Shown here piece by piece: positions 26,920 through 35,774 of a stretch of 64,000 bases of DNA; within the stretch, counting starts at the first letter, position 1, and every line of letters starts with the position of its first letter. This DNA comes from Actinomycetales bacterium (lineage in GTDB: Bacteria > Actinomycetota > Actinomycetes > Actinomycetales > CAVURS01): the NCBI GenBank assembly GCA_045807245.1, contig JBJMHS010000051.1, positions 6,044-70,043 on the forward strand, in the 5' to 3' direction. The notes under the pieces were generated by a model. It was not told the origin of the DNA. It made no database searches and saw only the letters and a program-made list of their open reading frames with translations. Made by a program: the position numbers and the translations under genes.

Positions 26920-26964
26920 TTGCAAACGACTTGCACGCGCTCGGCCCGGGCTGGGCTAGCGTGG
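26920..26964 (+). promoter_or_regulatory. second Nur-box-like element plus shared CTAGCGTG -10-like motif
   Basis: TTGCAA-ACGAC-TTGCAC at 26920-26936, and CTAGCGTG at 26956-26963 (TAGCGT at 26957-26962). GGGAGG RBS at 26979-26985 precedes TTG 26991. The same motif pair occurs at 14741-14781. Confidence 0.45.
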
Positions 26965-26990
26965 GGCCAGCCCGGCGGCGGGAGGTCCCC

Positions 26991-29900
26991 TTGGCGCTGG
27001 AGACCGGTCAACGGCAGCCCCTGGAGCTCTGCGTCCTCGGCGCACTCGAGGTGCGGCGCGGCGGCACGCCCCTAGCGCTCGGCGGAGCGCAGCAGCGCGC
27101 CGTTCTCGCCGTGCTCCTGGCCGAGGCCGGCACGACGGTCTCCCTCGACCGCGTCGCCGACACCCTCTGGGGCGAGCACCCCCCCGCCGGCTTCGTCACG
27201 AGCATCCAGACCTACGTGTTCCGGCTCCGCGAGCTGCTCGAACCGGGCCGAGCTCGTGGCGCTCCCGCCCGGCTCCTCGTCACCGAACCCGGTGGCTACC
27301 GGCTCCACCTGGACGGGCAGCTGCTGGACGCCGCCCAGTTCCGGCTGCTCGCAGCCGCCGGAGCAACCGCGCTGGACAGCGGCGACCCGGCGGAGGCTCG
27401 GCGCCTGCTCGACCGCGCGCTCGCCCTCTGGCGCGGCGACGTGCTGGCCGACCTCGAGAAGTTCGAGTTCGTCGAGCCGTACGCCGCGCAGCTGGACGAG
27501 CTCCGGCTGGCGGCTCTGGAGCACCGGATCGAGGCCGAGCTGGCTCTCGGTCATCACGCTGCCGTCCTGCCCGAGCTGCGCCATCTGGTGTCCCAGCACC
27601 CACTGCGCGAGGGTCTGCGGGCCGAGCTCATGCTGGCGCTGTACCGCGCGGGACGGCAGTCCGAGGCGCTCAGCGCCTACCAGAAGCTGCGCCACCTGCT
27701 GCGAGAGGAGCTCGGTGTGGACCCGGGCTCCCGGGTGGCGAACCTCCACCTGGCGATGCTCTCCCATGACCCGGCCCTCGACATCACTCCGACCCCCAGG
27801 CCCGCACAGCCACCCGCGCGGCCCCGCATGTCGCCGGGGCCGCCCACCGCGGACATCGTCACCGGCGGACGCCCCGCTCCGCCGCGCCGGCGGCGGCCAC
27901 GGCTTCTCATCACCGTCGTCGCCCTTGCCGCCGTGACGCTCGCAGGCACCACGGTTGCGGTACGGCTGCACGCGAAAACCGCTGCGGCAGTGGCGTTGCC
28001 GGCCAACAGCGTGGGCGAGATCTCCACCGACGGCATGGTGACCGCGGCCGTTCCGGTGGGAGCGAACCCGCTCGGCCTGAAGTACGGCGCGGGTTCGCTC
28101 TGGGTCGCGAACCGCAGCGACAACAGCGTCTGGCGGCTCGACCCCAAGGCCCGGACAGTCATCCAGCGGATCGGAGTTGGTCTGTCACCCGAGGCACTCG
28201 CCGTCACTCCGACCGATGTCTGGGTGGCCAACTCCGGCGGCGGCACGGTGAGCCGGATCAACGTCGAGTCGATGACGGTAACTCGGACCATCACGGTGGG
28301 AACGCAGCCCAAGGCCATCGCCGCCGGGCCGCACGACGTGTGGGTCGCGTTGAGCGGGGACGACACGGTCCGCCGGATCGACCCGGCCACCAACCTTGTC
28401 GATGACCCCATCCCGGTCGGGGGCGGCCCGGACGGCCTCGCGATGGACGGCACCACGCTCTGGGTCGCCAATGCGCGCGAAGCCACGGTGCTGCACATCG
28501 ACGGGCGGACCCGCGAAGAGGTGTCCAGCCCGGTCCACGTCGGCGCCGGCCCTCGCGAGCTGGTCGTGTCCGGCAACGACGTGTGGGTGGCAAACCAGCT
28601 GTCCACCAACGTGTCCCGGATCGACCGGACCACGTGGAGCAGCCACACGATCGAGGTGGGGGATGGCCCCGGTTTCCTCACGGCGACGCGGGACGGCATC
28701 TGGGTGAGCGCGGTCTACTCCGGCCGGATGACACGGATCGACCCGCGGACGGAACGCGTCACGGCATACCAGCTGCCGGAGTCGCCCCGCGGCGTGGCGA
28801 GCGACGGCCGGCGGGTGTGGGTCGCCGCGGGAGCGCTCGCGGACCGGTCGCACGTCGGCGGGACGTTGACGGTCGCGGCCGAGCGGCCCGCGGCCACCGA
28901 CGCCGGTATCGACCCGGCGACGGCGTACAACATGCCCGTCACCAACGCGGAGCGGCTCGTCTACAACGCCCTGGTCACCCTGGCGTACGGCAGTTTCGAC
29001 TCCCAGGTCCTCGTGCCGAACCTCGCGACCACGCTCCCCGAGCCCAGCGACGGCGGCCTGACCTACACGTTCACGTTGCGCCCAGACATCCGCTACTCCA
29101 ACGGCACCGCTCTGCGCGCTTCCGACTTCGTACTCGGGCTGCGCCGGGCGCTGACGTTGACCGGTGGCAACCCGGCCCTTTTCGCGCGGATCAAGGGCGC
29201 CCAGAACTGCATCGACCATCCGGGCGCCTGTGACCTGTCCCGAGGGGTCAGCACCGACGAGCGACAACGGCGCGTGACGTTCCACCTGGAGGTGCCGGAC
29301 CCGGAGTTCCTCTACAAGATCAGCAACTTCGTCTTCCCGTCACCGCCGGGCACGCCCTTGACCAAGGTGACGGCCGTGCCCATCCCGGGCACGGGGCCGT
29401 ACGTCCTGGCCAACGTGACCAAGGACCAGGTCTTCGAGCTCAGGCGCAACCCGTTCTTCCACCGGTGGTCGTCCGCCGCGCAGCCGGAGGGCTACCCCGA
29501 CGTCATCCGCTGGCTGGCGGTACCGAACACCCAAGCAGCGGTCGCTGCCGTGGACAGTGGTCGCGCCGACCTGGCCTGGCTCACCCCGCTGGGCGACCGT
29601 CGACACTCCGCCGAACTGATCGAGCGGCTGAGCGACGAGCACCCGACGCAGCTGCACAAGGACCTGCTGGCCGCCACCGGGTTCCTGTCGCTCAACGCAG
29701 CGACGGCCCCCTTCAACAACGTGCTGGCCCGGCGGGCCGTCAACTACGCGGTCGACCGCCGCATCCTGGTGAACCTCAACGGCGGCCCGCTTGTGGCGCA
29801 GCCGAACTGCCAGACGCTGCCTCCGGAGTTCCCCGGCCAGACGCCGTACTGTCCCTACACCTCAGGACCACAGGACGGCACGTACCACGGTCCGGACCTG

Positions 29901-30428
29901 GCCCAGGCGCGGCGTCTGGTGACGGCCTCGGGAACGAGGGGCGCGCACGTCACCATCTATTCGCTCGCCAACGACCTGGCGGCCTCGGACGAGGAGTACG
30001 TCGGTCAGGCGCTGCGCCGCCTGGGCTACCGGGTGACCGTCACGGAGCTGGCGAACACCGAGGCGAACGGCGACTGGATCTTCGACCCCACCCACCACGT
30101 CCAGGTGCTCTCCGGCGGGTGGATCGCCGACTATCCGTCACCGGCGAACTTCTACGGCGCGATCTACGCGTGCGGCGCCCCGGCGTACCCCAGTGAGTAC
30201 TGCAACCGAGCTCTCGACGCCAAGGCGGCGGCCGCTCTGTCGCTGGAGACCAGCCGCCCGGCAGAGGCGCTCGCTCGCTGGGGAGAGATCGACCACGCGC
30301 TCACCCGCGACGCGGTGGGCCTGTTCACCACGACGACGTTGGACTGGTACTACACGTCTCGCCGGGCGCTGAACTTCCAGGGCAGCCAGATCTTCGGTCC
30401 CGCACTGAGCCAGATCTGGGTGCGCTAG
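26991..30428 (+). CDS. membrane-tethered SARP/BTAD transcriptional regulator fused to a 7-bladed beta-propeller and a family-5 solute-binding-protein domain
   Basis: wHTH + BTAD region (LELCVLGALEVRRGG, LWRGDVLADL, ALYRAGRQSEALSAYQKLRHLLREELGVDPG). Then RRRRPR followed by TM helix LLITVVALAAVTLAGTTVAV. Then seven repeats ending in xWVAN-like strings. Then an SBP_bac_5-like region (GGTLTVAAE, LVYNALVTL, TYTFTLRPDIRYSNG). TTG start with GGAGG 5 nt upstream. Confidence 0.8.
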   Translation: MALETGQRQPLELCVLGALEVRRGGTPLALGGAQQRAVLAVLLAEAGTTVSLDRVADTLWGEHPPAGFVTSIQTYVFRLRELLEPGRARGAPARLLVTEPGGYRLHLDGQLLDAAQFRLLAAAGATALDSGDPAEARRLLDRALALWRGDVLADLEKFEFVEPYAAQLDELRLAALEHRIEAELALGHHAAVLPELRHLVSQHPLREGLRAELMLALYRAGRQSEALSAYQKLRHLLREELGVDPGSRVANLHLAMLSHDPALDITPTPRPAQPPARPRMSPGPPTADIVTGGRPAPPRRRRPRLLITVVALAAVTLAGTTVAVRLHAKTAAAVALPANSVGEISTDGMVTAAVPVGANPLGLKYGAGSLWVANRSDNSVWRLDPKARTVIQRIGVGLSPEALAVTPTDVWVANSGGGTVSRINVESMTVTRTITVGTQPKAIAAGPHDVWVALSGDDTVRRIDPATNLVDDPIPVGGGPDGLAMDGTTLWVANAREATVLHIDGRTREEVSSPVHVGAGPRELVVSGNDVWVANQLSTNVSRIDRTTWSSHTIEVGDGPGFLTATRDGIWVSAVYSGRMTRIDPRTERVTAYQLPESPRGVASDGRRVWVAAGALADRSHVGGTLTVAAERPAATDAGIDPATAYNMPVTNAERLVYNALVTLAYGSFDSQVLVPNLATTLPEPSDGGLTYTFTLRPDIRYSNGTALRASDFVLGLRRALTLTGGNPALFARIKGAQNCIDHPGACDLSRGVSTDERQRRVTFHLEVPDPEFLYKISNFVFPSPPGTPLTKVTAVPIPGTGPYVLANVTKDQVFELRRNPFFHRWSSAAQPEGYPDVIRWLAVPNTQAAVAAVDSGRADLAWLTPLGDRRHSAELIERLSDEHPTQLHKDLLAATGFLSLNAATAPFNNVLARRAVNYAVDRRILVNLNGGPLVAQPNCQTLPPEFPGQTPYCPYTSGPQDGTYHGPDLAQARRLVTASGTRGAHVTIYSLANDLAASDEEYVGQALRRLGYRVTVTELANTEANGDWIFDPTHHVQVLSGGWIADYPSPANFYGAIYACGAPAYPSEYCNRALDAKAAAALSLETSRPAEALARWGEIDHALTRDAVGLFTTTTLDWYYTSRRALNFQGSQIFGPALSQIWVR

Positions 30429-30482
30429 CGCGGAACCGCTCAATCCGCTACGCGGACGGGTCAGGCACGTCGTCATCCTCGG

Positions 30483-30520
30483 TGGTGCGGCACTGAGTGG
30501 TGAGGCCGGGTGCCGCGCCG
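30483..30520. terminator. possible bidirectional terminator hairpin between convergent genes
   Basis: GCGGCAC (30487-30493) pairs with GTGCCGC (30510-30516). The stem extends to about 11 bp with two G-U pairs and has a 16-nt loop. Confidence 0.3.
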
Positions 30521-30523
30521 ACG

Positions 30524-31174
30524 TCAGCTCTTCTGGTGCGTGGGGCCCGCCAGGACCACCTGGCCTGAGGAGGCCTGCTGGCCGTTCGCTACCTGTCGGG
30601 TCACGGTCAACGTCGGGTAGTTGGCTGGGGAGACACCCGACCACAGCGTGACGTCGTCGCCTTGGTTGAACGTCCCGATCGGCACCAGCTGGCCCTGCGC
30701 GTTCTTGAGCCAGGCCTCGTAGTACTCGCCGCCGTCACGTCGCGGCAGTCCCTTGGCGTGCAACGTGATCCGCCATCCGCTCGTGGTCTTGGTGAGTGTC
30801 ACCTCGCCCGACGCGCTCGGCGCGAGCCGCGTCCCGTTGAGCGACGCGGCGAACTGGACGGGCTGTCCACCGCGGTTGAGCGAGATGGCGAGCGCGACGG
30901 CGACCACGGCAGCCGCGGCGACGGCCGACACGGCGTACCGGACCCAGCGCGGACGCAACAGAACGACCGGCGCGGCTGGCGCGACCGGCGCTTCCTCGCG
31001 GGCCGCCGCGGTGATCGCCGCGACGATCCGGTCCTCCAGGTCGGGGGCGGGCTCGGCCCACACGGCGGGGTCGTTCAGCGCGCTGCGCACGCGGTCGAGC
31101 TGCGCACGCTCGCTCTCCTCGATCCGTGCGTCCGGCTCCCCGGCCAGGTACGAGATGCGGTCGTCGTTGGTCAT
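30524..31174 (-). CDS. anti-sigma factor (RskA-like C-terminal domain), single TM
   Basis: TM VRYAVSAVAAAAVVAVALAISL. Extracytoplasmic part has YYEAWLKNAQGQLVPIGTF, typical of the anti-sigma-K C-terminus. ATGA overlap with the sigma gene. Confidence 0.75.
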   Translation of the reverse strand: MTNDDRISYLAGEPDARIEESERAQLDRVRSALNDPAVWAEPAPDLEDRIVAAITAAAREEAPVAPAAPVVLLRPRWVRYAVSAVAAAAVVAVALAISLNRGGQPVQFAASLNGTRLAPSASGEVTLTKTTSGWRITLHAKGLPRRDGGEYYEAWLKNAQGQLVPIGTFNQGDDVTLWSGVSPANYPTLTVTRQVANGQQASSGQVVLAGPTHQKS

Positions 31175-31755
31175 CGCGACCGCTCCTCGCCAGCCGATGT
31201 CGGCGAGCCCGTCAGGTCGATGTGCGGGGCCAGGTGGCCGAGCAGCCCGGCTAACCGGCGATGGGCCCGAAAACTGCGCGACTTGACGGTGCCGACGGGA
31301 ATCTCCAGCCGTTGGGCGATCTCGTTGTGGGTGAGCTCGTCGAAATGCTGCATGCGGATCAGCTTGCGATCCTCGTCCGGCAGCGCGTCGACCGCATGCC
31401 GGACCTCGGACACGTCGTAGATCTGCTCGACCGACGGCGGCATGGTAGTCAGCTCAGACTCCACGTCGTCGATATCCCGGGCGCCGAGGTGGCGCCGTTC
31501 GCGACGGTAGACGTCGATGGCCGTCCGGCGCGCGATGCTCGCCAGCCAGGCCGCCAGGGCGCGGGTGGGGTCGAAGGTCCCGGCCGCCCGCCAGGCCTGA
31601 AGGAACGCCTGCTGTGACGCGTCCTCGGCCAAGCCGCTGTTGCCGAGCACCTTGTAGGCCACGGAGTAGACCAGCGAGCCGTAGGCGCGGTAGACCGCAC
31701 GGGTCGCCTCTGGGTCGCCCGTGGCGAACCAGGCGGCCAGCTCGCCATCGTCCAT
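31171..31755 (-). CDS. ECF (sigma-70 family group IV) sigma factor
   Basis: Region 2 AEDASQQAFLQAWRAAGTFD and ARRTAIDVYRRERR. Region 4 LIRMQHFDELTHNEIAQRLEIPVGTVKSRSFRAHRRL. Start at MDDGELAAW (31755). Confidence 0.85.
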   Translation of the reverse strand: MDDGELAAWFATGDPEATRAVYRAYGSLVYSVAYKVLGNSGLAEDASQQAFLQAWRAAGTFDPTRALAAWLASIARRTAIDVYRRERRHLGARDIDDVESELTTMPPSVEQIYDVSEVRHAVDALPDEDRKLIRMQHFDELTHNEIAQRLEIPVGTVKSRSFRAHRRLAGLLGHLAPHIDLTGSPTSAGEERSR

Positions 31756-31917
31756 CGCGGCGATGCTAGACCCGCCGGGGCGCGCGGGTGCCTGGCTACC
31801 GATCGGTGCCCTCCTCGCGATGCCCTGGTCGCGTTCACTCCAGAGATACGGATGGACGGTCTCGTTCGGTTCGCCGCGGAGCACTAGCGTTGCTCGAGCG
31901 CCGCTCAGGGAGGTTCG

Positions 31918-32937
31918 TTGCCCGCACCAGCCCGCCTGATGGCGGCCGTCGCCTGTGCTGGGCTGCTCGCCGGCTGCACCAGCCATGCGTCCAGCCGGCC
32001 CAACCCGGCCGCGACCCCCCGTGCCGTCGGCGTCATCGCGTTCGTCCGGCACGAGCCGGCGAGCGACCCGCGCGGGCAGATCTTCCTCGAGCGCGCGGAC
32101 GGCCGCGACGCCCGCCCGGTCGTGCGGTCGGATGCCGACGATGAGAGCCCGGCCCTCTCGCCGGACTCGCGGCACGTCGCCTTCACGCGCCGGACGGCGT
32201 CACAGCCGGACCAGATCTTCCTGGTCGGCGTCGACGGGTCGGGCCTGCGCCAAGTCACGCCGTCCGGCTGCCCGGACCGTTGCGGTGCGGCCGTCGACTC
32301 CGCTGCGTGGTCACCCGACGGAGCGTCGCTGGCGTTCACGCGCACCGTCTTCCACGGCAACGACCCGATGCCGGTCCGGGCCGAGATCTGGGTCGTAGAC
32401 ATCGCGACCGCCTCCGCACATCGCGTGACCCGCGGATCGGCCGCTCGGGTCGGGGACCGCTTGCGCTCGCAGGACGGGTACGCCGGATGGTCACCGGACG
32501 GCCGGCGGATCCTGTTCGTGCACGAGGAGCACGCGACCCCGGCCGGTCTGAGCCAGTACGCAGTCATGACGATCGCCCTCGACGGCACGGACCTTCGGCC
32601 GGTCACGCCGAACGACGTCAACGCCGGCCAACCGGTGTGGGCCCCGGACGGTTCGCTCATCGCGTTCCAGTCGCCGCCGGACGACGAGGGCGTGACGAAG
32701 GCGCTCTACACGATCCGGCCGGACGGCACCGGCATGACGTCGCTGACCAGCACGCTCGACTCCAACGACTCGGCGTACCCGAGCTGGTCCCCGGACAGCC
32801 GGCTGATCGCCTTCTCGCACGTCCGCGAGGGCTCGTCCGGCGGGGCGGACCTGTACGTCGTCAGCCGCGACGGGGGCGACCCGCACCCGATCCTCCGCAC
32901 CGGACCGGCTGAGACAACGCCCTCCTGGGGTCGCTAG
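31918..32937 (+). CDS. TolB-like PD40/WD40 beta-propeller lipoprotein
   Basis: Lipobox LLAGCTS. Repeated SPDxxxxAF strings (ALSPDSRHVAFTR, WSPDGASLAFTR, WSPDGRRILFV, WAPDGSLIAFQS, WSPDSRLIAFSH). TTG start with GGGAGG upstream. Confidence 0.8.
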   Translation: MPAPARLMAAVACAGLLAGCTSHASSRPNPAATPRAVGVIAFVRHEPASDPRGQIFLERADGRDARPVVRSDADDESPALSPDSRHVAFTRRTASQPDQIFLVGVDGSGLRQVTPSGCPDRCGAAVDSAAWSPDGASLAFTRTVFHGNDPMPVRAEIWVVDIATASAHRVTRGSAARVGDRLRSQDGYAGWSPDGRRILFVHEEHATPAGLSQYAVMTIALDGTDLRPVTPNDVNAGQPVWAPDGSLIAFQSPPDDEGVTKALYTIRPDGTGMTSLTSTLDSNDSAYPSWSPDSRLIAFSHVREGSSGGADLYVVSRDGGDPHPILRTGPAETTPSWGR

Positions 32938-33020
32938 CGTTGAAGCCACGGGTGATGAACGCCTCACGGGTTCGGCCCGAACCCCTCGGGGGGACGTGAC
33001 TGCCGTCGACGCGGAAGGAC

Positions 33021-33992
33021 ATGACCATGACCGGACGGACCAGCCGCTCGTTGTCGGCCGCACTCACGGTTGCGGGGGTGGTGGCCGCCACCGTCGTGGC
33101 CGGGTCGGGCCCGGCCTCAGCCGACTCGGGCCACGTGACCCACTCAGCACGGCAGGCCCACCACACGGTCACGTACACCCTGGACGACTCGAGCCACGGC
33201 AACCCCGAAGGTGTCGCCTGGGACGGCCGCCACTTCTTCGTCGGTGCGACAGGAGACGGGACGATCTACCGCGGCACCCTGGGCGACCGGACCGTCCACA
33301 CCTTCATCCCCGGAGCGGCCGGGCGAGCGTCCGTCGGCATGAAGACCTTCCACGGCAGGCTGTACGTCGCGGGCGGCCCGACCGGCAACATCTACGTGTA
33401 CGACGTCGCGCACCCGAGGCGCGCGCCGATCACCTTGGCGACCGGGGCGGGTGGGTTCCTGAACGACCTCGTCGTGACCGCCCGCGGAGATGTCTACGTG
33501 ACGGACTCGTTCCGCCCGACGTTGTGGCATGTCCCAGCGGGCCAGGTCAAGCCCGGCGGGACCGTCGACGGAATCGACGTCTCGGCCGAGATCCCTTACA
33601 CCGCAGGCGCGTTCAACCTCAACGGCATCGTGAAGTTCCGCGGCGGACGCGAGCTGGTCGTGGTCAACACGGCCGACGGCAAGCTCTACCGGATCCAGTT
33701 CCATGTCGTCGGCGGGCCGACGATCTCCGTGGTGGACGCACCTGCCCTGGTCGGCGGCGACGGCATGATCGTCGACCGGGGCCAGCTGGTCGTCGTACGC
33801 GGCGACCCGGCCAGCCTGACCTTCCTCGACCTCAACGACGGACGGTCCCAGGCGAGCATCGACCGGGTCGTGACGGACCCGGCACTGCGGGGACCCTCGA
33901 CCGTCGCGGCGGCGTTCAGCCGCTACCTGGTCGTCAACGCGGACTTCGCGACGAGTACGCAGCCCTTCACGGTGGCCGGGCTGGTGCGGTGA
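33021..33992 (+). CDS. secreted beta-propeller protein (SMP-30/gluconolactonase/strictosidine-synthase-like)
   Basis: Signal peptide ends in GPASA. Strings PEGVAWDGRHFFVG, GDVYVTDS and LNGIV are typical of 6-bladed SGL-like propellers. The family assignment is tentative. Confidence 0.6.
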   Translation: MTMTGRTSRSLSAALTVAGVVAATVVAGSGPASADSGHVTHSARQAHHTVTYTLDDSSHGNPEGVAWDGRHFFVGATGDGTIYRGTLGDRTVHTFIPGAAGRASVGMKTFHGRLYVAGGPTGNIYVYDVAHPRRAPITLATGAGGFLNDLVVTARGDVYVTDSFRPTLWHVPAGQVKPGGTVDGIDVSAEIPYTAGAFNLNGIVKFRGGRELVVVNTADGKLYRIQFHVVGGPTISVVDAPALVGGDGMIVDRGQLVVVRGDPASLTFLDLNDGRSQASIDRVVTDPALRGPSTVAAAFSRYLVVNADFATSTQPFTVAGLVR

Positions 33993-33993
33993 G

Positions 33994-35664
33994 TCAGCTG
34001 ATCGTGAGCTGACGGATCGGTTCCAGCGACCCGCCGCCGGCGGCCGTGGCACGGAACAGCTGCACGGTCGCCGACGAACCGTCGAGCCGAAGCTCGCCGA
34101 TCGCGTTGTCAAAGGTTCGCTGTTCGATGTACCGCCACGACGCGGTCGGCGGTGCCACGCCGGCCCAGCGCGCGAGCCGGCCGAAGACTGCGCCCGCGAG
34201 GCGAGAGCCGGCGGCCCGGACCACGCGGCGTTGGTGTGGCGGCATCTGGTTGCGGAACGGCGAACAGGCCACTTGGACGACGCGGCCGCTGACGTCCGGT
34301 GCGTCCAGGTCGACCTCGACGGCGTACGTCGTGTGTACGTCACCGCTGAGCAGGACGACGCTGGCCGGTGCGGCCCCACCCCGGCCGGCGGCGACATCCC
34401 GAAGCAGGTCGAGCATCTGCTCGAACGAGTGGTTGAACGCGGCCCAGTGCTCCAGATCGCCGGCGCGGCGGATCTTCTCGCCGAGCCGGGCGGCCAGACG
34501 GCCCCATCGCCCTTCGCACACTGCCTCGTTCCACGCCTCCAGGTGATGGATGCCCCACGGCAGGAACATGGGCAGCGTGCTGACGATCACGAGATGGTCG
34601 AAGTCGCCGCGGGCATGGTCGGTGATCCAGGCCCACTCCCCCTCGTCGACCATGGCTCGTCGGCCGTCGGTGAGCACCCGCGCCGCTCGCGAGTCGACGA
34701 CGAGGACCCGCGAACGCCCGAAGTCGCGGTAGTAGGCCCAACGGCTCTGCGCCGACTCGCGGTCCCACTGCCGCGCGCGCTCACGCAGCATCGACCCGGC
34801 GTCCTCGTGCTCGAACACCCGGCGGAACATGACCTCCTCCGCCAGTTCCGGCGGCGCGAGGTTGCCGATGTGCTGGTAGATCCAGTAGGCGGAGAACGCG
34901 GCGGTGACGCGGTCGTCCCACCACGTGAGCCGGCGGACGTCCTCGACCCAGGCCGACGAGATGTTCCAGTCGTCCTGCACCTCGTGGTCGTCGAAGATCA
35001 TGGTCGAGGGCACGGTCGAGAGCAGCCAGCGGATCTCGGGGTCGGACCACGACTCCGCGTACAGCTGGGTGTACTCCTCGAAGTCCGCGACCGCCTCGCC
35101 CGGGGGCTGGCGCACGTCGCGCCGGGACCTGATGAACTCGAGCGTCCCCGGCGAGACTTCGTCGACGTACATCTGGTCACCGAGCAGGACCAGAGCGTCC
35201 GGCCAGTCGGCCTGGCCGCCCTGGAGCCGTCGCGCGTACGCCCACAGCGCATCGACGCCCATGCCCTCCTTGTGCTGGTCCGGCGGCAATGTGTACGGCG
35301 GGACGCTCGGCGCCATGACCCGGCACGAGCCGAAGACCAGGCGCGCCCGACGTTCGTGGTGACGTGTGTGGATCGCGCACTGGGGACGCGCACCGTCGAC
35401 CGGCCAGACGCGTCGGTCACCCAGCCGGACGTCGTACGGCGTGACCGTCCCAGGCGTCAGATCCTCGATAACGACGAGTGCGTAGTGATGCCCGTGCACC
35501 GTGAAGGTCTGGGCGCGGTGACCGAGCACCTCGACGGTCGCGGGCGCGCTCGTCTTCACCCACACGGTCGCCGTCGTGGTTCCGACGTACCGGAGCAGTG
35601 GCCCGAGCACGAGCGTTGCCGGCTCCGGCCGCTGGTTCGACACGCAGGGAAGCCTGCCACGCAA
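33994..35664 (-). CDS. PhoD-like metallophosphatase (alkaline phosphatase D family)
   Basis: LLGDQMYVDE, IFDDHEVQDDW and LLSGDVHTTY are calcineurin-like/PhoD motifs. N-terminal PhoD_N-like beta region. TTG start at 35664 with AGGAAGGG upstream. Confidence 0.75.
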   Translation of the reverse strand: MRGRLPCVSNQRPEPATLVLGPLLRYVGTTTATVWVKTSAPATVEVLGHRAQTFTVHGHHYALVVIEDLTPGTVTPYDVRLGDRRVWPVDGARPQCAIHTRHHERRARLVFGSCRVMAPSVPPYTLPPDQHKEGMGVDALWAYARRLQGGQADWPDALVLLGDQMYVDEVSPGTLEFIRSRRDVRQPPGEAVADFEEYTQLYAESWSDPEIRWLLSTVPSTMIFDDHEVQDDWNISSAWVEDVRRLTWWDDRVTAAFSAYWIYQHIGNLAPPELAEEVMFRRVFEHEDAGSMLRERARQWDRESAQSRWAYYRDFGRSRVLVVDSRAARVLTDGRRAMVDEGEWAWITDHARGDFDHLVIVSTLPMFLPWGIHHLEAWNEAVCEGRWGRLAARLGEKIRRAGDLEHWAAFNHSFEQMLDLLRDVAAGRGGAAPASVVLLSGDVHTTYAVEVDLDAPDVSGRVVQVACSPFRNQMPPHQRRVVRAAGSRLAGAVFGRLARWAGVAPPTASWRYIEQRTFDNAIGELRLDGSSATVQLFRATAAGGGSLEPIRQLTIS

Positions 35665-35774
35665 GCAGCCGCCCTTCCTGTCGACGAACCTCGTGACCGT
35701 TTACAGGAGTGACCCGCTAGGCCAGGGTGGGGCCAGCCGCGCACGCATCGCAGGACTCACCGAGGGGTGCCACG

